NCBI GenBank assembly: GCA_963695225.1
Contig: OY968762.1
Location: 2,112,001 to 2,176,000, forward strand
DNA length: 64,000 nucleotides
Source of the DNA: Vulcanimicrobiota bacterium
Lineage (GTDB): Bacteria; Vulcanimicrobiota; Vulcanimicrobiia; Vulcanimicrobiales; Vulcanimicrobiaceae
Direction: 5' to 3'
Shown: positions 57,273-64,000 of the stretch, piece by piece
Layout: each line of letters begins with the position of its first letter
Numbering within the stretch: the first letter of the stretch is position 1
Notes under the pieces: model-generated
Told to the model about the DNA's origin: nothing
What the model saw: the letters and a program-made list of their open reading frames with translations, nothing else
The model's database searches: none
Made by a program: the position numbers and the translations under genes

Positions 57273-59249
57273 GTGATGACCGGCGAACCTGGAGGCGGCG
57301 AGCCCGAAGAGTCAAACGGCGCCGCCGCCCTCGCCGCCAAGAAGCGCGAGCATGCGCGCGTAAAGAAAGCGGCCAAAGCGCTCGGTTGGAAGCTCATCGG
57401 CCGCGACCTGGTCGAGATTCGCGTCGAGCGTCAATTTCGGTTCGGGCCGCGAACGGTCGTCGTACGCGGCCGAGTCCCCGTTCCCGTCCCTGCCGAGATC
57501 AGCGTGGAGCATGGCGAAATGGCGCTCGCGCCGATCGTCGATCCGGTCGCCGGCCAGTTCGCGCATTCGATCGAACGGGCCGCGAGCAAGATCTTGAGCG
57601 CGCCCGACGACGTCGAAGCCCGCAGCGTGTACGAGAAAGCGTCGTTCTTCAGCGCGCTGGAGGAGGCCCGGCGCGGGCTCGTCGGCCAGTATCAGGAACT
57701 CGAGAACAAACGCGTCGATGAACGCGTCGAAGCCGATCTCGGGCTGCGCTTCTATCTCGAAAGCCTCACGCGCGAGACGCGCATCTTCGAGTATTTCGCC
57801 GGCCCGACGAACTCGGGGAAGACGCACGCCGCGATCGAGATCCTGCGCGACGCGGAAAGCGGCGTCTACCTGGCGCCGCTGCGTTTGCTCGCGCTCGAAG
57901 TGCACGAACGGCTTGGAGAATTAGGCATCGAGGCCTCGCTCGTGACGGGCGAAGAGCGGATCATCAATCCGCTCGCGCGGCACGTCAGCTCGACCGTCGA
58001 GATGGTGGATCTCGCACGCGGCGTCGAGGTCGCGGTGATCGACGAGACGCAGATGCTGCAGGACGAACAGCGCGGCTGGGCCTGGACGCTCGCGGTTGCC
58101 GGCGTGCGCGCGAAGCGCGTGATCATGTGCGGCTCCGAGGACGGGCTCGTCTCCGCGGAGCGGCTCGCGGCGCGCTTGGGCGCGAGCGTAAGGGTCCGGC
58201 GCTTCGAACGCAAGAATCCGCTCGCGGTCGTCGCTTCGATTCCGCTGACGGCGCTGCGCGCGGGGGACGCCGTGATCGCCTTCTCGCGCAACGCGGTCGT
58301 CGAGCTGCAAGGCAAGATTCGCCAGAGCGGCCGGTCGACCGCGGCAATCTACGGCTCGCTCTCGCCCGCGGTCCGGCGGCGCGAGGCGGAACGTTTTCGC
58401 AGCGGTGAGGCCGAGGTGCTCGTTGCAACCGACGCGATCGGCCTGGGATTGAACTTGCCGATCCGGCGGCTCATCTTCGTTTCGCTCGAGAAGTTCGACG
58501 GCGTGACGTCGCGGATGCTCACGCCCCCCGAGATTCGCCAAATCGCCGGCCGTGCGGGACGCTACGGCATTCACGAGGCGGGCCAAGTGACGGCGCTTGA
58601 TCCGCGCGCCGTCCCCTTCTTGCGCGCGAGCATCGAACGCTTCGCCCCCGCGCCGAGCGCGCCGCCGATCTGGATCTCGCCAACCGACGAACACCTGCGG
58701 CGGCTCTCGGCGATCATCGGCACGACGCGGGTCGCGCGGCTGCTGCAATTCTTTCAGACGCGCTTGCGAAGGCCCGAAGATACCGATCTGCGCATCGCGG
58801 ACCTCACCGGCACGATCGAAGTTGCGACGGCGCTCGAAATGTCCGAGCGCTTTCTCGAACTCCCGCTCGCGGTGCGCTGCACGTACAGCCGGGCGCCGGT
58901 GCAGTTGCGCGGCAACAGTCTCGCCGTGCTCGCGCGGTGGGGCGAGCGTCACGCCGTTGCGGGCACCGTAGACGGTTCCGACGTCACCGCCGGACTCGCG
59001 GCGCGCGACCGGCTCCTGCACTTCGAGGATCGCTCGCGCTTGGCGACGCTCTACTTATGGCTCGCGCAGCGTTTCCCCGAGGTCTACGTCGACGGCCAGT
59101 CGGTCATGCTGGTTCGCGAGCAGCTCGACGACGACATCCACGACGCGCTCCTGCAGCACGGCGAGCGCCCCCGCCGCGAGCGCAAACCGGCCGCCTTCGT
59201 GCGCCGCACCGGCCCGCCGAAATTCAACAAGCGCCGCTTGCCGAAATGA
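57273..59249 (+). CDS. Suv3-like SF2 helicase
   Basis: GPTNSGKT, APLRLLA, TGEE, TVEM, IDETQM, RGWAW, IYGSL, ATDAIGLGLNL, QIAGRAGR. Confidence 0.9.
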   Translation: MMTGEPGGGEPEESNGAAALAAKKREHARVKKAAKALGWKLIGRDLVEIRVERQFRFGPRTVVVRGRVPVPVPAEISVEHGEMALAPIVDPVAGQFAHSIERAASKILSAPDDVEARSVYEKASFFSALEEARRGLVGQYQELENKRVDERVEADLGLRFYLESLTRETRIFEYFAGPTNSGKTHAAIEILRDAESGVYLAPLRLLALEVHERLGELGIEASLVTGEERIINPLARHVSSTVEMVDLARGVEVAVIDETQMLQDEQRGWAWTLAVAGVRAKRVIMCGSEDGLVSAERLAARLGASVRVRRFERKNPLAVVASIPLTALRAGDAVIAFSRNAVVELQGKIRQSGRSTAAIYGSLSPAVRRREAERFRSGEAEVLVATDAIGLGLNLPIRRLIFVSLEKFDGVTSRMLTPPEIRQIAGRAGRYGIHEAGQVTALDPRAVPFLRASIERFAPAPSAPPIWISPTDEHLRRLSAIIGTTRVARLLQFFQTRLRRPEDTDLRIADLTGTIEVATALEMSERFLELPLAVRCTYSRAPVQLRGNSLAVLARWGERHAVAGTVDGSDVTAGLAARDRLLHFEDRSRLATLYLWLAQRFPEVYVDGQSVMLVREQLDDDIHDALLQHGERPRRERKPAAFVRRTGPPKFNKRRLPK

Positions 59250-59252
59250 GCG

Positions 59253-59415
59253 CTAGTCGAGGTTCAAGTAGTCGAAGATCAGTCGCTTGAGGGCAGCGAC
59301 TTCGTCGCGCGTGATCGTTGCAGCCGTAACTTCGCAAATGCGCTCGAAAGCGATGGTCTGAATGTTCCACGCGAGCGCGAAGGACGGTTTTCACGCCGCT
59401 CGGTGCTCGCGACAA
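59253..59415 (-). pseudogene. MazF/PemK toxin C-terminal remnant
   Basis: Manual translation: SGVK / (frameshift) KPSFALAWNIQTIAFERICEVTAATITRDEVAALKRLIFDYLNLD*; no N-terminal half. Confidence 0.55.
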
Positions 59416-59581
59416 GGCCGGCCGCTCTGTCGCGTGCAGCGAGCGCCGGCCGCCTACCCGGCGGCGAATCCGGCCGGACGATCTCGTGCGCCTGTTCCTC
59501 GTCGACTTTCGCGCACTCTATCTAGCGCGACGGCCGCTTCGAGCATGGCCGGCTCGGCGGGAGCGCGAAGGCGTTGGGTGG

Positions 59582-59929
59582 ATGCCGGAGTTCGTACGGG
59601 TTGCCCGCCTCTCTGAGATTCCGGCCGGGGGTGCGAAGACGGTCACGGCGGGCGATTACGAGATCGCGCTCTTCAACGTCGGCGGGACGCTCTACGCGCT
59701 CGAGGACCTGTGCCCGCACCAAGGCGCCCCGCTCGTGGACGGCTGGCTCGATGCCGCCTCATGCACGGTCACGTGTTCCTGGCACGGCTGGTGCTTCGAT
59801 CTTCGCAGCGGAGCCATGCAACTCGGCGACGGGTTCGAGGGCGTCCCGTCGTTCGAAGTCCGGATCGAGGGAGACGACGTCTTCGTCGCAGCCCTGCCCC
59901 GCCGCGTCGAGGAACCCGCCGCGGATTAG
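59582..59929 (+). CDS. Rieske-type ferredoxin
   Basis: CPHQGAPL, CSWHGWCFD. Confidence 0.9.
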   Translation: MPEFVRVARLSEIPAGGAKTVTAGDYEIALFNVGGTLYALEDLCPHQGAPLVDGWLDAASCTVTCSWHGWCFDLRSGAMQLGDGFEGVPSFEVRIEGDDVFVAALPRRVEEPAAD

Positions 59930-60180
59930 ACCGCCCGATTTCGTCGCGACCCCAGGCGAGTCGAGAATCGCTTCCGCGGATCGACCCGCCGAAGAGCCGT
60001 CAGGAGCCTCCGGCTTCCGCTCGCGGCGAAGCTCGCTAGCTTCGAGAAGTGCCCGGGCAAGCCGGGAACTAGGGGGCGAATCCGGGTCCGCCGGTTGCGG
60101 CGGCTCCGCCGGGTATGGTCTAATATGGACCACATAGCGGTCCAAAGTAGACTAATTCTTGGTACGGAGTAGCCTGATAG

Positions 60181-61416
60181 ATGGCCCAACATAAACCGGT
60201 TCCTCGGTTCATCGCGCCCGTTGTCGGGGAGGCGCTCGACGAGGCGCGGGTCGTGGCGGTCGTCGGCGCGCGGCAAGTCGGGAAATCAACGCTGGTGCGG
60301 ATGCTCGATCGGCCCTACTTCTCGCTGGACGATTTCAGCACGCGGTCCTTTGCCCAGGGCGATCCTGCGGGATTCGTACGGGGCCTCCCTGCAGGCGCCG
60401 TCCTCGATGAGGTGCAGCTCGTTCCCGATTTGCTGCGGGAGATCAAGAGCGTCGTCGACCTCGACGAGCGACGCGGGCGCTTCGTCCTCACCGGGTCCGC
60501 CAACATTCTGGCCTTGCCGGGGCTCGCCGATCCGCTCGTCGGACGCATGCGGATCCTCCAACTGCATCCGCTTGCCGAAGCCGAGATCGAGGGCGCGGAT
60601 CGGAACGCCGTCGATGAACTCTTCGCGGAAGATCCGGCCTGGCCGGACGCCGGCACAACGGATGATGCGCTGATCGCGCGTTTGCTGCGGGGCGGCTACC
60701 CGGAACCGTATCACCTTCCGAATGCATCGAGTCGAGCGAATTGGTATTCGCAATACATCGCCGGTATGCTGCAGCGCGAGGTGCGCGAGATCGCGCGGAT
60801 CGACGATATCCCCGCGATGCAGCGGCTCTCGAGCATCGTTGCGGCCCGTTCGGGAAGGCTCTTCAGCCCAACGGAGCTCTCTTCCGACACGGGAATCCCG
60901 AAGACGACGCTGCTGCGATATCTAGCGATTCTCGAACAGGCATTCTTGGTTCACCAGCTTCCCTCGTGGGCAGCCGACCCGGGACGCAAGAACGTGAAAG
61001 CCCCGAAAATATTCGTCAACGACGTCGGTCTCGCGGCGCACGAAATCGGCGCAGACGTCCTCCAACTCTCGAAGAACCGTAACCTCTTAGGCGCGCTCGT
61101 CGAAACGTTCGTCGTGAACGAAATTCGTAAGCAAGCCTCGTGGAGCCGGTCGCAGCCGCGACTCTTCCACTTCCGCTCGCACGCAGGCCAAGAAGTCGAT
61201 CTGATCCTCGAAAGCGCAGGAAAGCGCGTCGCGATCGAAATCAAAGCGGCCGCGTCGCTCGAATCGCGCGATACGCGCTCGGTCCGCCGGCTCGTTGAGA
61301 ATCCGGGGCTGGGTTTCGTGCGAGGCGTCGTCATCTACACGGGATCCCGCGTGATCCCGGCTCACCCGAAGATCCACGCTCTTCCAATCGCCGGGCTCTG
61401 GGCGAAGCGTCCTTAG
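60181..61416 (+). CDS. AAA+ ATPase with DUF4143 C-terminal domain
   Basis: GARQVGKST, LDEVQ, LTGSAN, GGYP, KAPKIF..DVGL, EVDLILE..AIEIK. Confidence 0.9.
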   Translation: MAQHKPVPRFIAPVVGEALDEARVVAVVGARQVGKSTLVRMLDRPYFSLDDFSTRSFAQGDPAGFVRGLPAGAVLDEVQLVPDLLREIKSVVDLDERRGRFVLTGSANILALPGLADPLVGRMRILQLHPLAEAEIEGADRNAVDELFAEDPAWPDAGTTDDALIARLLRGGYPEPYHLPNASSRANWYSQYIAGMLQREVREIARIDDIPAMQRLSSIVAARSGRLFSPTELSSDTGIPKTTLLRYLAILEQAFLVHQLPSWAADPGRKNVKAPKIFVNDVGLAAHEIGADVLQLSKNRNLLGALVETFVVNEIRKQASWSRSQPRLFHFRSHAGQEVDLILESAGKRVAIEIKAAASLESRDTRSVRRLVENPGLGFVRGVVIYTGSRVIPAHPKIHALPIAGLWAKRP

Positions 61417-61455
61417 ACCCGACGCCAGGGCGGCGGGCTGCCGCATAGATCGAAT

Positions 61456-62511
61456 CTAGCGCAGCAACGCCTGCGGAAGCTCCTTGATGCTCGCCGTGCC
61501 GCTGGCGAACATCGCGATCCGTAAGCCCGCGACGAAGTCGTCGAGAACTTCGCAGACGGCCTCCCACGATTCGGTCGCGGGCTGCAGCAGCGGGAGGCCG
61601 ACGCCGGCCAGGTTCGCGCCGAGCGCCAGCGCTTTCGCGATCTCGATTCCGCTGCGGATCCCGCCGCTCGCGATCAACACCGCCCCGGGGAGCGCCGCGC
61701 GCAGGGCGGCCGTCGCTTCGGCCGTCGGATACCCCCAACCGGCGAACGTCTCGGCGAGCGCTTCCCGGCGCGGATCGCCGGAGCGTCGCCCCTCGACGCG
61801 CGCCCACGAGGTTCCGCCCGCGCCTGCGACGTCGATCGCGGCGACGCCGGCCTCGAACAATCGGGCCGCCGTCGCGGGCGAGATCCCGGAGCCCACGCCC
61901 TTCGCTATGACGGGGACGCCGAGCGCGCGCACGAGCGCCTCGATCTTTCCGAGGAGTCCGCGAAAGTTCGTGTCGCCGCCGGGCTGCAGCGCCTCCTGCA
62001 GCGGGTTGAGGTGCAGGCAGAGGCCGTCCGCCTCGATGCTCGCGACGGTCCTGCGCGCCGCTTCGATCGTCACGCCGTAGTTCAATTGCACGGCGCCCAA
62101 GTTCGCGAACAATGCGACGTTCGGCGCGGAACGGCGGACGGCGTACGTCGCCGTCAGCGTTTCGTCTTCGAGCGCGGCGCGCTGGCTGCCCAGCGCGAGC
62201 GCGACCCCGCAGCGTTCCGCGGCGCGCGCGAGGTTGACGTTGATCGAGGCAGCGCGCGCCGTCCCGCCGGTCATCGAGGAGATCACGATCGGCGCGCGCA
62301 GCGCATGCCCCAGGAACGTCGTCGCGGTCGTCACTTCCGCCAGCGCCATTTCCGGGAGCGCCTCGTGCCGCAGCCGCACCTTCGCAAAGCCCGTCTCGAG
62401 CGCCGAGGCGACGTCGTCCTCGAGGCAAATATCGAGATGGCGCGATTTGCGCGCCTCCGTCGCGGCCGTCGCGGGCGCGGGCACTTTCATTGCCGAAGCC
62501 CTGCTCGCCAT
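61456..62511 (-). CDS. fni: Type 2 isopentenyl-diphosphate delta-isomerase
   Basis: RKSRHLDIC, SSMTGG, GSQR, HLNPLQE, AGAGGTSW, ASGGIR. Confidence 0.95.
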   Translation of the reverse strand: MASRASAMKVPAPATAATEARKSRHLDICLEDDVASALETGFAKVRLRHEALPEMALAEVTTATTFLGHALRAPIVISSMTGGTARAASINVNLARAAERCGVALALGSQRAALEDETLTATYAVRRSAPNVALFANLGAVQLNYGVTIEAARRTVASIEADGLCLHLNPLQEALQPGGDTNFRGLLGKIEALVRALGVPVIAKGVGSGISPATAARLFEAGVAAIDVAGAGGTSWARVEGRRSGDPRREALAETFAGWGYPTAEATAALRAALPGAVLIASGGIRSGIEIAKALALGANLAGVGLPLLQPATESWEAVCEVLDDFVAGLRIAMFASGTASIKELPQALLR

Positions 62512-62538
62512 GCGACCCGATTTCCTTTCGCCGAAACG

Positions 62539-63060
62539 ATGAGCGACGAGACCGGACGAGGCTCCATTGCTTCGTGGGACGGCCGCTCGGGGACGGCCGG
62601 GGGCATCGGTTTCGGCACCGCGCTCGCTTCGCTCGCCCGCGAAGCGGGCCTAGAAGGCGAAGCCTTGGCTCAGGCCGCGGGACTCCCGCATGCGTTCCTC
62701 GCGGCCTTGATCGCCGGGAGCGCGCGCGCGACGACGCCGCAGCTCGCGCGGCTCGCGCAAGCGCTCCGCCTGCGCGCGATCGAGTTCATGCAGAAGACCC
62801 AGTTGCTCTCGCTCGAGGTCTACGCGCTCGGTCTCGATCCGCTCTACTTCCTGCCCGAAGGCCCGATCCGCAAGGACGCGCGGATCTACATGCGCGAGAT
62901 CAATCCGCGCCATGCGGTCCCCGAGCGCGACATGCTCGTCCGCAACCCGACGCTTTCGGCCCTTCTTGCCGACGAGCTCCTCGATCCGCTCGGCAGGCTC
63001 GAACTGGAGCTGGCCTACTTGCTTCGCGCCGCCTCCCAGCAAACCGGAGGAGTACTCTGA
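62539..63060 (+). CDS. Hypothetical protein with XRE-like HTH N-terminus
   Basis: FGTALASLAREAGL...LAQAAGL...QLARLAQAL. Confidence 0.55.
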   Translation: MSDETGRGSIASWDGRSGTAGGIGFGTALASLAREAGLEGEALAQAAGLPHAFLAALIAGSARATTPQLARLAQALRLRAIEFMQKTQLLSLEVYALGLDPLYFLPEGPIRKDARIYMREINPRHAVPERDMLVRNPTLSALLADELLDPLGRLELELAYLLRAASQQTGGVL

Positions 63061-63119
63061 CCGAAGTCGCATTGCTTCCGCTTCCGAAACGGGAAAGGTG
63101 CGGGAAGCTTGGAAAAGCT

Positions 63120-63686
63120 ATGACCATGGTTTCGACAATAGATGGAAAGCGCATCGCCGCGCTCGTCGGCGACGGATTTGAAGAAGGCGAGCTCTTGGAG
63201 CCGCGCAAGGCCTTGGAGGCGTCGGGGGCGATCGTCACGATCGTCGGCATCGACGATAAGGCCAAGCAGCGCATCCGCGGGAAGCGGAAGTTCGACGAAG
63301 GCGTCACGCTCAAGGCTGAAGAGGTCGTTGCGGATTGCACGGCCGAGGATTTCGACGCGTTGCTGATCCCCGGCGGCAGCTCGCCCGACACGATTCGGAC
63401 GAACCGCGAAGTGCAACGCTTCGTCCGTGAATTCGACTCGGCGAAGAAGCCGATCTTCGTCGTGGGGCACGGCGTTCAGGTCCTCATCTCATCGCAAGTC
63501 ACGCGCGGACGGACGCTGACGGGCTCGCCCTCGATCGGCGACGACATCCGCAACTCCGGCGGCTTGTATCGCGACCAGCCGGTCGTGCAAGACGCCCACT
63601 GGACGACGACCCGCGGGCTCGGCGATATCGTCCAATTCAACCGCGCGATCCTGGAGAAGCTCGCGACGACCGCCCCGGTCGGCTAG
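63120..63686 (+). CDS. DJ-1/PfpI family protein lacking the catalytic Cys
   Basis: DGFEEGEL, FDALLIPGG.SPD, IFVVGHG in place of ICHG. Confidence 0.85.
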   Translation: MTMVSTIDGKRIAALVGDGFEEGELLEPRKALEASGAIVTIVGIDDKAKQRIRGKRKFDEGVTLKAEEVVADCTAEDFDALLIPGGSSPDTIRTNREVQRFVREFDSAKKPIFVVGHGVQVLISSQVTRGRTLTGSPSIGDDIRNSGGLYRDQPVVQDAHWTTTRGLGDIVQFNRAILEKLATTAPVG

Positions 63687-63816
63687 CGGCCCGGAGCGGA
63701 TCGTAACGCGCGAGCGTCTCGCCGAGCGAGCGCAGCGCGAAGTAGCCGAGGATGCCCGCCGCCGCGAGCGCGACGAACGACGCGACGGCGGGCGACGGCA
63801 CGAAGAGGGATGGGCG

Positions 63817-64000
63817 TCATGCGCCGACGAGCGAGAGGCGCCGGTTGGGACGCTCTGGGCGGCCGACCTTATGGCATTCCGTCCACGCCCCGTCGCGCTC
63901 GATCGCCACGATATCCGCCGTGAAATCGAACTTCCCGGTGCCGTAGAAGAACGCGCTGCCGACGGCGTAGGCGTCGACGGGGACCTCCGCATCTTCGAAC
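63817..64000 (-). CDS. Nicotinate phosphoribosyltransferase-like protein, 3' end
   Basis: Manual translation FEDAEVPVDAYAVGSAF...FDFTADIV...HKVGR...*. Confidence 0.65.
   Translation of the reverse strand, partial: FEDAEVPVDAYAVGSAFFYGTGKFDFTADIVAIERDGAWTECHKVGRPERPNRRLSLVGA

Noticed and set aside
63640..63820. Small membrane ORF (VPSPAVASFVALAAAGILGYFALR...) after the NAPRTase stop
   Set aside because: No RBS, short, and overlaps the convergent PfpI gene; insufficient support.

Overview
Very GC-rich bacterial chromosomal window. The Gram-positive/actinobacterial-type LexA boxes, futalosine-type UbiD/UbiA and SigB/F partner-switching genes suggest a Terrabacteria lineage such as Eremiobacterota (inference, not tested). 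1-24 kb is a DNA-damage and stress region. It holds an Mre11/SbcD-like nuclease plus an AAA ATPase, and a dispersed imuA / imuB / dnaE2 mutagenesis cassette in which each gene has its own LexA-box promoter. The cassette is interrupted by a Phd-VapC toxin-antitoxin pair and a SigB/SigF general-stress island. An MFS-alkA pair and a domain-inverted Fe-S photolyase follow. A structured, inverted-repeat-bounded ~250-bp repeat occurs three times: once in frame inside dnaE2, once in the opposite orientation just upstream of dnaE2, and once as a shorter variant at 21.6 kb. 24-31 kb encodes a substrate-binding protein, ubiA/ubiD, ftsH and small genes. 31-54 kb is a surface-polysaccharide locus (ugd, UDP-xylose synthase, flippase, glycosyltransferases with one frameshifted, GT-C-like membrane proteins, GH3). 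It ends in an NHL-SGNH protein and a DltX-like peptide / DltD-like SGNH / MBOAT acylation module with no DltA or DltC in the window. 54-64 kb contains pnp with a long structured leader, GNAT, rpsO, a divergent Suv3-like helicase, a MazF/PemK remnant, a Rieske ferredoxin, an AAA+ DUF4143 protein, fni, a Cys-less PfpI and the 3' end of a nicotinate phosphoribosyltransferase. No rRNA, tRNA, CRISPR array or transposase was recognised.
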